The notes below the pieces were generated by a model. The model did no database searches. It was given only the letters and a program-made list of their open reading frames with translations, and was not told where the DNA came from. From the human T2T-CHM13v2.0 reference genome, Homo sapiens: a stretch of DNA of 64,000 nt. Where the stretch lies: the NCBI RefSeq assembly GCF_009914755.1, contig NC_060926.1, one strand, 5' to 3'. The translations under genes and the position numbers were made by a program. Numbering within the stretch: position 1 is the first letter of the stretch; every line of letters starts with the position of its first letter. Shown in pieces: positions 38,569-51,620 of the stretch.

Positions 38569-39610
38569 TCATGATATAATCCAAATAATTAAGAGCTAAT
38601 AAACAACGGAGAATGCAAAAACTACATAACAGCTACTTCGTAAAAATACATACATTTTAAAAATGGAAATTAAAACTTGTTTTATTTAAAATGCCGTAAG
38701 GAGGCATTTCTGTTAGAAGAAATGCTAATATTTGGAACTAGGACTCTCTGAAATTTCTTTCCTCAAGCTCCAATTTCACCACTATGCATTCCCACATTTT
38801 TTCTTTCCCTCTAGTTACAATGAAAGAGTATCCCTCGTTCTAGTTCGTGATTATCAGTCTAACATGGATCTGGAACCCATTTCTTCCCATTTCTTACAGA
38901 ATCTCTGAATTATATCCTCTGCCCCTGTATCTTCATTCACCCTGTTAAAAAAAAATCATCTTCCTATATTTCCTTCCCAGAAACTACCAGATTTCTTTTC
39001 CTCCTCCTTACAAAAAAAAAAACAAAACCCCAAAACTATTTAAACATGTTTCCATTTCTATAGCTTTAATCCAAACCACTCCACTGAAACTATTAATGCC
39101 AAGGTCACTAATGTCCTTGTCACTTAATCCAGTGGATTATTTTAGTTCTTTCTTAGGTAATACCACAGACACATTTCACTCTATGGCCACTCCTGTCATT
39201 TTCATCTTTTGCAGGAATAGGTTCATGACACTAACCTGCTGTTTCATTAATGAACACCTTCATTTCAGTAAATATTTCATTTCAACATAAAACAAACTAA
39301 TAATGCATATAGTAGCCTGTGAATAATAGAATTTTGAACATTTGAAATTTTTATCAATGCTTTTCTGTATTTTTAAAAACTTTTATTAATATTTTATAGT
39401 GAAGAAATACATTTTTAATTTTAAAGAAGAAAAGTCAAAGGACAATGAATATGATTAACTGTAAGAAGGAATAAGTAACTGGCAAGTTGTACAGCTGCAT
39501 ATACCCTTTTAACATAAACAGGCAAATGACACAAATATGATATGGGAATTTATTTTTTTTAATTCCAAGTTATATTCTCAAATAGTTTTTTTCCCTTTCT
39601 TATACATGTA

Positions 39611-39749
39611 TTTTATATTTTATTTTATTTTTAGAGGTAGGAGTCTTACTATGTTGCTCTGGCTGGTCTCACACTCCTGGCCTCCAGCGATGTTCCCACC
39701 TCAGCCTCTCGAGTAGCTGGGATTACAGGTGTGAATCATCATGCCCAGC
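39611..39749 (-). mobile_element. FLAM monomer
   Basis: Single arm in reverse. Confidence 0.85.
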
Positions 39750-40275
39750 TATTTTTAATTGACACATAATAATTGTACATATTTGTAGAGTACAATATTT
39801 TGATACTCAAATAGTTTTAATTTAGGCATCTAAAATGTAATAGAATTACTTACCAGTATGATAAGCCTGCCTTATCAAAGAAGCATAGTTTGAATACTCT
39901 CAATATATTTAATAAAATTAGTATTTTTTCAAAAGATTCCTGTCACAAGAGGTTGAAACAAAATTACAACCAAAACATGACAATGCTTTAAAAAATTGAC
40001 CTTTAGTTATCTAGCTCAACATTCCTTATAATAGAAATTTTAGAGAATACGATATCACATGAAAATATGGTATAGATAAATGTTGATGGGAAGTTGGGCC
40101 TTAACATAGGCATAAAAGGACAGTTTTACTAGCAGAAAGGAATGCAGAATCATTAAATGTCAAAAAATTAAAAATATGAGAAATAACTATACAAAGTTTG
40201 GTGAGGAGGGCATTTTTCAGCTTAAAAGTAGGAAAATTATTGTTAAATCTAAAGAACTGAAAAGTTAATATATTT

Positions 40276-40334
40276 TGTGTGTGTGTGTGTGTGTGTGTGT
40301 GCGCGTGTGTGCGCGCGCTAGGAGAGAGAGAGAG
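40276..40334. repeat. (TG)n/(CG)n then (GA)n compound microsatellite
   Basis: 43 nt of strict purine-pyrimidine alternation at 40276-40318. Confidence 0.95.
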
Positions 40335-40399
40335 CCAGGATCACACTCTGTTACCCAGGCTGGAGTGTGTGCATGCACAGGAGAGAGAAAGAGAGAGAG

Positions 40400-40684
40400 A
40401 CAGAGACAGGATCTCACTCTGTTACACAGGCTGGAGTGCAATAATAGCTCATTGCAGCCTTGAGCTCCTGGGTTCGAGCAATCCTTCCACTTCAGCCTCC
40501 CAAGTAGCCAGGCCTACGGGTGCATGCCACCACACCCAGCTGATTTTTTTTTTTTAATTTTGTGTAGAGACCAAGATCTTGCTATGTTGACCAGGCTGAT
40601 CTTGAACTCCTAGCCTCAAGTGATCCTCCCATTTTGGGCCTCCCAAAGTGCTGGGATTACAGGTGTGAGGCACTGCACCTGGCT
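40400..40684 (-). mobile_element. AluJ
   Basis: Reverse J-type dimer; its 3' end is duplicated upstream. Confidence 0.9.
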
Positions 40685-40957
40685 TGATAAGTGATTTTTA
40701 TTTATTTCCATGGGTAGCTGTAGGATTATTTTTAGCTCACTTTTAAAGTGCTGAGATTATAAATATAGAAATAAACATGTATTTTTACCCATGTACATGT
40801 AATTAATTTAGTTGGTACCTGCAGTATATTAAATGCTACTTGGAACAAATAAAATATTTGCAAAAATAATCTATTTCACAAAAGGTGGCTCATATTAAAA
40901 TGCAAAAGGTCAAATTCAAGGTACTATGTCACAGAACACTTCATTATAAAAAAAAAA

Positions 40958-41080
40958 CAGCTGGGCCCAGTGGTGCATGCCTGTAGTCCCAGCTACTCAG
41001 GAGGCTAAGATGGGAGGATCTCTTGTGCCCAGTTCAGTCCAGTCTGGGCAACAGAGCAAGACCCTGTCTCTAAAAAATTA
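40958..41080 (+). mobile_element. Alu monomer (FLAM/FRAM-like)
   Basis: Single short arm. Confidence 0.8.
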
Positions 41081-42269
41081 ATAATAATAAAAATTTAAAA
41101 ACAGTAAACTTCTGGTCACATTCAATTTAGCTTTTCTTCCCAGGCATGCCTTATTCCTACCTTCCCATTTCACACACAGTACAAAAACATTTTCACGTTC
41201 TTTAAAACAATTCTTCTCTTTTGTGAGTTTTGGCAAGTGTACCTACAAACAGGCTTCCTGCAGCGGGAAGGGCAAAGAGAGCTTTTATCTAACTGTCTAA
41301 AGTTATTACATGTTCTCTTCCTGGACCAAGTGTTTACTATTCACACTGCCCTTCCCTAACCCTTCAACTTTTACTTCAAATCCCCAAGGCATGATTACAG
41401 ATAAGAGTTATTTTCCCAACAAGCTGCAGAAAATATTAATGACAAGGCACAGAAATTTAATGCTAAAATACTTACACTACTATGGACAAAATCTTGATAT
41501 GTTCCAAAAGGACTTGATTACATAACAATGCTCCACTCTGACTGCATTTAGAAACCTTATTTAAAATTGTCTCCTTTTTTGTTGTTTCTGCCCAAACCCT
41601 AAGAACACTTAACTTTGGCTCCAAAGTAACCCCTCTTTTAAAATAAAGAGATTTGACCCACAACTGTCAGTTAATGTTGCCTTGCAGAGCCTGTTTTTCT
41701 CAGCATGCTGCACTAACAACCCAGAAACGAAGAAAAGGTCATTTTGTGACTTATACACGGCTCCTGATTTTTTCAAATGTTGAAGATAGGTTTTGGTGCT
41801 TCCTATGTCATCACAATGGTTTATGTTAACAGTAATACATTACCCAAAGATCAGAAGCATGTTTCAACAACCATGTCATCATAGAAACCAGAAAAGATAG
41901 TAAGCATGGCTTTGAACTAAACTTAGACACTAGATAACCTTTTATTTCCACTGTTTTCCATCTTTAATTTACCTCAAAACTTATCCTTGTACAAGATAAA
42001 AAATGGTTACATAAAAGTTTTAAGGTTTTCTTATGACAAATCTCTTGCAAGTAAATGTTCATCACAATACTGCAAATAAAACATTTAATATGCAATAATA
42101 ATAAATTTCATTATTATTATGATGTAGTAATAATGAAGTTAGGAAAAGACTAACTACTAAAATTTATTGTCCTTGGCCAAGACATTATGTAAAAGATCTT
42201 TCATACATTTGTGTTTTGAAAATTTTTTAAATCTTTCCTTTTTCATACTCTTTTTTAGTGGGATTTCTA

Positions 42270-42502
42270 TTTTTTTTTTTTTTTTGAGACGGAGTCTCAC
42301 TCTGTCACCCAAGCTGGAGTGCAGTGGTACTATCTCAGCTCACTGCAACCTCCGCCTCAAAAAAAATAATTTTTATATTTTTAGTAGAGACAGGGTTTCA
42401 CCATGTTGACCAGGCTGGTCTCAAACTCCTGGCCTCAAGTGATCTGCCTGTCTCGGCCTCCCAAAGTGCTGGGATTACAGGCATGAGCCACCACGCCTGG
42501 CC
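42270..42502 (-). mobile_element. AluS with right-arm deletion
   Basis: ctccgcctc-aaaaaaaa-taattttt junction. Confidence 0.92.
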
Positions 42503-43453
42503 CTCCTTTTTGTCCTTATGGATATGCCCGTTACTGGCAGTCCAGCAGTCTGCTTGTCTTCTGCATTCATCCGAAGGAACTAAAAGAAGTAAAAGTGTTT
42601 TTTGAGCCAGAGCCATCATCATGGAGAAAAGGGATACACATATATCACCCTCTGCTCTCTACTCAATGTTCTTAGCAGGGGGGATCATGCATTAGATTTC
42701 CAGAAAAACTGTTCACAAAAGCATAGGAAAAGAACCAAGGAAAAGGGAGGGGTTCTGGTTAATCTCAAAACAGAAGATTTGAATACCTCTAACCAGAAAG
42801 GGTAGTTTTGTCAGTTTTAACCCGGCCTTCACAAATAAGCCTATCATTGAAATGGAGGATTGAAACTGATTAACCCATCTTCTCCAGAAAAAGCCAAGCA
42901 GTCAATTTTGAAAGCAATGGAGGAAAGGAAGGATCCCATGACATTTTCTTTTCCTTCTAGTGGAAGAGGTATGGGTTGGGGTGACCTTGAAAAGGCAGAA
43001 CCATCCCAGATGTCAAATGGATTGGCTCTAATATAGAGCTCTAGCTCTATATTTGTTCTATAATAGGCTTATGCAGTCCTTCTTTTCTTGGATCTTTTCT
43101 TCCTGATCTGTGAATATTCAAAATTTAATTGTTCTTGATCTAGTTCAATGCTACCTAAACCGAAGGGCCTTTTCTAATTATTCCAATGAGAAGCCATCTC
43201 TCTCCTACTATGAACTTCCATAAATTGTTATCCATAGCTCTCCCAGAGCATGCTTGGAGATAGCATTCAATAAAAGCTTAAAGAATGAAGGTAGATGCCT
43301 CCTCCTTTTCCTATTATTAATACTAGAATAATACAAATGTATCAAATATGTGCAATTCTGTGGTGGATGTCACTGAGTCACTTTACTTTTTCAAACAACG
43401 TCTAAATTTTCTGTTTTGCTGGGTTACTAATACAGTATAGAAAAATTCAGTCA

Positions 43454-43762
43454 GGCCAGGCGTGGTGGCTCATGCCTGTAATCCCAGCACTTTGAGAGGC
43501 CAAGGTGCGCAGATTGTTTGAGTCCAGGAGTTCAAGAGTAACCTGGGAAACATGCTAAAACCCCATCTCTACAAAAATACAAAAATTAGCCAGGCATGGC
43601 GGCGTAAGCCTGTAGTCCCAGCTACTTGGCGGACTGAGGCGGTGGGGATCCCTTGAGCTCAGGAGGTTGAAGCTGCAGTAAACTGGGATCGTGCCACTGC
43701 ACTCCAGCCTGGACAACAGAGTGAGACCCTGTCTCCAAAAAAATAAAAAGTAAAAATAAAAA
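43454..43762 (+). mobile_element. AluJ
   Basis: Dimer; TSD aaaaat(t/c)cagtc. Confidence 0.93.
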
Positions 43763-46700
43763 TCCAGTCCATTAACTCACCCTTCTTCTTTTCTAAATAT
43801 AATTATGTAATGAGAACCAGAAAAGGCAGACAAATAAAATCCCAAACCTGCATTTTAGTCAAAAACTAAGAACCCCTCTTCATCAAGAAGTGGGGAAGGC
43901 AGGGAAAACCAGATTTGTTTGAATTTTCCTTCCTTTATTCTGTGATGAGATGCTAAAGAGCAGAGAAATAAATGAAAGGACAATAGTCAAAAGGGAGTGA
44001 AGAAGACATAAAATAATTTACAAAATGCCTGATATAATCTCAAATAATGGAAAGTTAACTAATTATAGTTATGATCCTATGCAACTCAAAACTAAAACAC
44101 AATGCATCATCCTTTAATAACCTTTGGATTTGTTGTTTAAAAAAAAGTACAGCCTACTATCAGCTGGATTAAATTTGGCCATATATTCTGTTATATTACA
44201 AACCTATCCAGCCATTTCTGAAGCCAAGAAAGAGTAAAATGCACTCTTAGGACTGGTACTCAACCTTGAAGTGCTGAGAGCTACTTCATCATCTAGTGTG
44301 GGGACAAACACATACATGCACATGTGAGCCTAACACCATGTGTGGAAACGCATCATTGTAAATTACTCAGGTATTCACTTATTTTAATATACACAAATCA
44401 AAGCACAGCTCCCTGTGATTCCTAAAAGGAGAGCTGAAATAGCATTTAACATTTTCTCCTCCCACCCTTCTCACTAAAAGCTTGAGACACAAAGGTGTTC
44501 TCCTCTTTCCTTACAGTTATTACTGACAACATGCAGGAAACTATTATAGCTGGCCTAACTTACCAATACCACCTAAATACTGTAAGAGCATACCTGTGCT
44601 TAATACTCCAGAAGTGACTCAAAAAGCAAAAGAGACTCCTTATTAGATTTCTTCTAAAAAACTAGAGTAACTCTATAGTTTTAGGATTAGCATTATTCTA
44701 ATCCAGTTATAAAGTCATGCCAATTTTCCCTTCTATCTTGCTTTACACCACCACTCATAAGCTAAAAGTATTATACTACTTTTCTACATATTAGATGACA
44801 TTGTTTTAGACTAATTAATCACAATCTACTGTTAATGTTGTTTCCCAAAACTATGTATAACTAGTAAAATATTATTAGCAATATTTCCAAATCCAGGATA
44901 ATTCTGTTATTGATCTATGGACAAAATCATAAAACACATATTCCAAAAATTACAATAGTTGTATAATCTAGGTTTGTTTGGTTGATTCTGGCCGTGACAG
45001 GTAGGACATGACCTTTTACACTTGTTTCCTTCAAAGCTTCTTCATTTTATTCAGCATTAAGTTTAAATTAAATATTTAAAATTGAACCTGTTCTGTGTTG
45101 CAAACACAGCTAAAATAAAGAGCTTCTGTAGCAGCAGTGACCAGATTTTAAATGCAGGTAGATCAATAAAAAAAAAAAAAAATCACCAAGCACAGGCTCC
45201 ATGTGAGTGGAATGGTTTATAATAGCTTGCGAATGACTATGTGCTTGCTGTAACCAGCTGTTCTTAAATTATGAATATGCAACCAATTCATGTTAAAGCC
45301 AAATCCCAGCACTATTTCTACAGAGAAATCCCAGTAGTTTTGCTTGTTCTACATGTTAGCTGTGTTAAGGATACAAATAGCAGTAAGCTTCTGAACAAAT
45401 AGGACCGAACTATTGGCATTTCATGCACTAGGTCCATTATCACAGCAGGCAATGTCAATCATTGGTACATTCCTATAACAGCTCAGGCAATATGACAATG
45501 ATCTCATAGGAAAAAAAATCAAAATCTCTGCAGCATACTCAAAGTCCTTCTGACAACCTAATGCTTTCTTACTACAGCCAATCAGATTGTCAGACCTGAC
45601 CTACTAGAAGACTTTCACCAAGCTTGAAACATTTAAAAACATCAATCATAAAAACAAAGACAGGACACTGAATTATACAGTATTAACCTCTAGGGTTTGC
45701 ATACAAAGACCTTAGATTTATTTATGTCCTAGCGAGTTAAGAGCTTCAGTACACCGTTCTTTACACCAAACTGACTGCCAATTTGATGAACCTCTCTGCC
45801 CTCAGCAGGAGTGCACCGTCTTTGATTAATGAGTGCATGTTTGTGGAAAAGTGTTAAGAGGAGAAAACAGGAAAAAACACCCAATTATGTCTACACATAG
45901 CTGAAGTACTAATCCAAGAATTATCTTCAAACCAAATGCTCCTTTTTCTTATATACCATGCACACACGTGCACAACACAAAATTAGTAAAGGTTCTTATC
46001 TATGTTGCCATCATTATTATCCCCAATATGCAATAGTTTTTATTTGAATGAAAGGCATTCAAAAGCCAAAGTACAAGTTGAATTTTATAAATTATAAAAA
46101 CTATTTTTAAAGCGTTATCTTTTAAAACAAATTGAAATACTCTTACCTTATATAGTAAAAATTTAAGTATGTGGAATAAAAACTATATTTTCACCTCATA
46201 TTCTTATAAAACCCTATTAAGGTTAAAAACTCAATGTTTAACTGTAAATATCCATACTTTTAAATATTTTATATTTCAAACTCTATTATGACTGCCACAA
46301 ATCAAATAGCACTCAAAATACATTTAAAAGTCATATATATTCATTTACTTTTCCTGTTTTCAATAAACATGTGGCCAATATTTTATAACTCAATATGCAG
46401 TTGAAAATGAATTAAATATATTTATTACCCATAATTTCATACTTAATACGGTCAACAGAAAAAACTGTAAATCAAAGTTTGAACTTTTAAAATGACCTTT
46501 CTATTGAGAATTACCTTCCTTCTAGAAATCTGATGCCTGAAAATTCCTACTTAAACTACAGGATGTTTATGTGTAGTACAATTAAGACTATATTATCTCT
46601 AAAGATAAACTAAGCATCAGGAGTCCTTTAAAAAAAAGTTCACATTTCATACACAATTCAATGTTCCTTAATTTGATTTATATGAATATCTACCTCAACA

Positions 46701-47318
46701 AAAATATGTTATGAGTAAATACATTTCTTAAATATTGAGTCATAGTCAAAGGTAACAGAATGATTTTCTTTTTAAGGAGTTGTATGGCTACTATGTAAAA
46801 AGGGTTGAGAAAGCATAATGTCTGAATATAAATCTTAGCTTTAGTCAGTAATGTACAACCTATTTAAAAGGAAAGGGTCCCTATAAACTTTGATTTCAGG
46901 AAATCATAATTCTGGAATCAATGGCATAAGTGTTAAAAATTTATATTGTAGAGGAAGTTTTGAGCAAATTATATATTCTAATCAATTTCATATTTTAAGT
47001 ATTTATTTTTGTAATGGCAAATTATTTTAAGTGTTACAAATTTTATGCTCTTTGAAGAATTATTTAAATGCCTAATACACCTAAAGACCTACAAATTAAA
47101 AGTCAATAAATATTGGGACTAGAAAAATTCTCTTAACATAGTAATAAATAAACTATATTATATCCTTAAATCTTATTTACATGAATTTTTTAATGGATTT
47201 TTCTGTGTTGGGATTATCACTTTTCATTCTTCCTCTTTTCTCCCTCCCATTTCCTCTACCACCAAAAAACACCATGCAAATAATTAGAAAAAGTAGAATA
47301 TATGTAGGCACCAATGGG

Positions 47319-47397
47319 ATGACACCATTTTAGTATCACATATTTAGTATGACACCATTTTAGTATCACATATTTAGTATCACACATTTTAGTATGA
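47319..47397. repeat. 30-bp tandem repeat (2 perfect copies plus a partial), ~15-bp subunit
   Basis: gacaccattttagtatcacatatttagtat at 47321 and 47351. Confidence 0.95.
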
Positions 47398-50226
47398 TAG
47401 CTGAAACTATCAATAAAAGTTATAACAATAAAAATATAATTTCATTTTTTAAAAATCATTAAATGTCTACTAGTAAGTTATTTTAGATCATAGTTTGTAT
47501 GAATTTTTAAATAACATTTTAGCCTCATTATAAAGAAAAATTAAATACAAAACTGCCTCTTTCCCCAATAATCATTTCTTTTCTTTTGTGATTACTTCCT
47601 AGAACAAAAGTTTAAAGAAACAGCCAAATGGATTAACATTTATTAAAAAGGCAACAGTATTTTTAAAACTTCATGGTAAAAAATACTTAATTTTATGTAA
47701 CCAAAAAAACTCTTAAAATACCTAACTAGGTAACTTAATTAATCCCCCAGGAAATCAAATATATTAATAATCACTAAAACTTGATGACGTAATTCCTCTT
47801 AAGGGTCAAAATCACCATATTAATTTGTGCTAAATCATATCTCTTCTTTTGGTAGTTCTACTCAGAAACTACAACTTAAGATCCCTTCTCTGAGAAACCT
47901 TTAAACCTAAAAGTAATCAAGTTCCAAAATATACTTTCACTAATTCAAGGAGATAAGACAGAAATCCTGAACTTTCATGCAACTGTGATATCCTACATCT
48001 TGTATAGTAACACAAAAGTAGCAACAAAGACATTAACAATTGCAGTTCAAGCTGGGAATGACTGTTCTGTTTCAATTCAATGACACCACTAATGGCTTCT
48101 TAGCAGCTCCATGAAATCAACCAGCTGTCAAGTTGATGCATCAGAAGGAACAGTTATGCACTCCCATAAGAAAAAGCAACACATCAGGATGTTTGGCAAA
48201 ACATCTGCTCCTTTACACTGCAGTTCTATAATAAACATGCAAACAAAGAAATGGGAGAAAGGGCAACAGAATTAAAATTCTAAGGTTTCCATTACAGTCT
48301 TATGTGCATTTTAAATGAATGGCTTATAAAAAATAAAAACAAATTTCTACCAAGTTGAATACTTTAAGCTATTCCCAATTTTTTGAAAATGCTAAATATA
48401 ATTACTCAGAGACTGTTCTAGAAAGAAAAAACCTGCATAAGAATCCATCTATTCTAAAAATTGTAAATAAACAATATTCAAGTAAAATCAGTATCATAAT
48501 GTTATGTATAAAACTCAAAAATTAAAACTAAAATATATCCTTCCTTCATTTAATAAGTATTTCATAAATGATGCCAGCAGTATTCCAATAAATGCATTTC
48601 CAAGACTGAAGAGTTTAGAAGTATTTTTTCATTAGTGTTTGTAAGAGTAAATGGTACTACAATTCGGCACTAGTTTAACATGTGAGAACAGTGAAGCTAC
48701 TATTATCTGGATTTTAAAATATGTACCCATTCCTGTTTCTCTCCAACCATTATAAGAACACAATATTAAGTTCTCATAAATAACTTTGTATTTTTAAAGC
48801 ATACAATCTGATTTTCTAAAAAAAAAAAAAAAAGACTCTTCATCATCGTAGGCTTAAAATAATTTTAAATTCAACCACTTGTTTCAAATACTTGTAAAAA
48901 TTACTTTTTTCTATCTGAACCATACGAGTGTCTTAATGTTGTCCAAATTACTGATTATGCAGCAGAGTGACAATAATATGTACAGTGTTTACAATAGGTG
49001 TGAGACATCAAATGTACTTAACTACCATTTTCTTAAACTGCTTATCCTCTGTTGCTTGCCATTTATAATCTGCCAAATCTTCTAGTCCTTTGTTGCATGT
49101 ATAATTTAGAACCATCTGTTCTATGTGCTTTTAACTATTTAAACATTTTTCACCTACCTACAATTCACATAAATGGCAGACACTCAACTCAGTCAAGCTT
49201 TCTATATAGCATATTACATGAAGCAAATTCCTGGATAAATAGATAACACCAAAGAAGACTGCTACAGAAATAAAAACTTACCATATAGAACATAAATTTC
49301 TGTGTGTTACACAAACCTTTTCAATGTATTCAGAATTGTTTCTATTAGCTTTTTTTAAGTTAATTGTAGTCAGTGTTTTTCCCTCAACCCAGAAGACAAA
49401 GAGAATGCAAATTAAATACAGACAGTTTCATGTCCTTGTTAGAAGAGATGTAAATATGCTGACTGAAAATGACTACAGGAGACAGAATTCCACTTTCCCA
49501 TTCAATATACAGTGCCTCTTATTTATATACTAGTCAGTGTATCATTAAGCTTGGTCATGTGACCAAACCAACTTTTGTGAGGCGAAAAACTATGTTAGAC
49601 AAGCAAATTAAAACAGTGCTAGTTTTTGTTTATCTGTTCATAATGGCTGACAGTTTATAGCTAGCGATTATAAAATAACTTTTAAAATCAATTCTGCCTC
49701 TTAAATACTCAATAATTGTTTGACTTAATATCTGCTACTAAATTTTAAAGTATCCATTATCTTAAGGTATTTTCCATAGTCATTTCTTTTCAAAATGTAA
49801 ATAAATAATAGAAAAAGAAAACCCCAGAACATTTTATTAGAAACGGGGAGCCAGATAATCTAAAATAACCATACATAAATATTAACCAAGCTAATTTTCA
49901 AAAAATCCATAAGGGAGAGTGGAGCAAATAAGAAAGGGAATATACTGACTACAGATAACAGTTGAAACCTTTAAATTAAAAAAAAAAGTACACAAAAACC
50001 AGATAAATAACAAATGACGCACAAGTTTTTTACCATTTTTTGCATATAATCTTCCACCTGTTACCAAAACATACAATACGCAGACTTCGTATACTGATTT
50101 TGAGAGCAAAACACAAAAATAAGCCACACAACTTATCAGTAACCTGTAAGTTACACAATCCTATAAAACAGGAGAAAAATTAAGCAAAAAATTTACTCTT
50201 GGGAAAATTTCTCCGTAAAGTTTACA

Positions 50227-50234
50227 TGACGTCA
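50227..50234. promoter_or_regulatory. Full palindromic CRE (CREB/ATF)
   Basis: TGACGTCA with intact CpG next to the island. Confidence 0.6.
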
Positions 50235-50345
50235 CTGGGCCCCCTGAACATTCCCTAAACTTTGAGACTTATCCAGACACACTTCCTAATACTTCTTTCC
50301 TTTCCTCAAAAATAAAAAAGAGAGAGACTTGGGAATAAAATTGCC

Positions 50346-50355
50346 CAAGATGGCG
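50346..50355 (+). promoter_or_regulatory. YY1 motif
   Basis: CAAGATGGCG. Confidence 0.55.
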
Positions 50356-50599
50356 AAACGCTTGTTGTTTAGAGGGCAGGAAAAAAAATGGAGGATATTG
50401 TAATATACACAAAGGGATAAATTTCAACAACTCGGCCAAGGACTGCAGCTGCTTCCCTCTTTATAAGGAAGCAACAGACAAAAGATAAATACAGAGGGAG
50501 AAAGAAAAGAAGAGAAAATCTCCCAAACAACAGAGCCAGCTCTGACTCTTCAAACACTTCCTTCCCCTTCTCAAATCCCAATTCTGGGGTTCGTGAAAC

Positions 50600-51620
50600 T
50601 ACTTAAAGGGGAGGGAGCCGCGAAAGAGAACGGGGGCGGGGGGGAGGGGTAGCGACAAGAAGATTAAAAGAGGGAAGCAGAGGAGTTGGGAGCTGGCGGT
50701 CGTTCCCGGGGAAGAACTGCTAAAACATGAGACCAAGGCACAGACCTTACTGTATGAGAAGCAATGCTCCTCAAACCTTCTGCGTGCTGACATAGACCTT
50801 CCCAGGTATCCAGATCTTTTCCCAATCCCACCTGCCCCACCCCCACCCCCGCTCATCTTCAGTAAACTCAGAGCCTCCAGCTACACACGGGAGAGCTAGA
50901 GGCCCAAGCCGGGGAGTGGGGGTGGCAGACGCAGCTCGTCAGTCCGACAGGGAAGAGGGGGCGGAGGCAAAAAAGGGCAGCAGGAGGCGGACGGGGGTGG
51001 GGGGTGATCCAGAAACTACCCCGGCAGGGAGTGGGGGAGCAGCGGATATTCCGGGGTAGGAACGGCCATCGCAACGCTGACAGAGGTTGTTTTTTAAGAA
51101 GCAAAACTGTTGGCGGCGACCTGAGCGCTGGAAGCCGAAGGGGAAGAGGAAGGAGACGCGAAGCCAGGGCGGCCGGCACAAAGGCGGCGGACTCGCGGCG
51201 GCAGCGCCTGCCCGGCCGGGAGCACAACCCACGGCCCTACTCCAGCGAAGTCCCGCACCGGCTTCTAGGAATAAAGTTTACGTTCTCCTGAGGCCGCACC
51301 CCCCACCTCCCACCCAGGACGGCACATCTCCGTGTCCTCCTCCCCCAAACTCCACTCGGGACCCCGAGAACCACCCCAGCCTTCCGGCCACCACAACAAA
51401 GAGCCGCACCGACCGGCGAGGATAAACAGCGGCGGAGGGCGAGAGGGCGGCGGGGCGAGCGCCTCCACGCAGCAACTCCGGAGTCCCCCGCTTGCCCGAG
51501 CGCAGTTTCTCCGCTGCTGTTTCCACCGGCTTTGTAACACTGGGAATTTACATCCTCACCCGCACCCCTCACGCCCGAGGATTTTAAACTCACCTTTACT
51601 CTCGAACTGAGAGTTGCGGT
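50600..51620. promoter_or_regulatory. CpG island / promoter-proximal GC-rich region
   Basis: High GC and CpG density against an AT-rich background; GC boxes (GGGGGCGGGG at 50632, GGGGGCGGAG at ~50957); G-runs. Confidence 0.92.

Noticed and set aside
47319-47397. CRISPR-like array
   Set aside because: The repeats are contiguous with no unique spacers, and the context is eukaryotic.
50868-51610. Overlapping 80-120 aa ORFs in the CpG island
   Set aside because: Expected from stop-codon scarcity in GC-rich DNA; many have non-ATG starts and none has recognisable homology.
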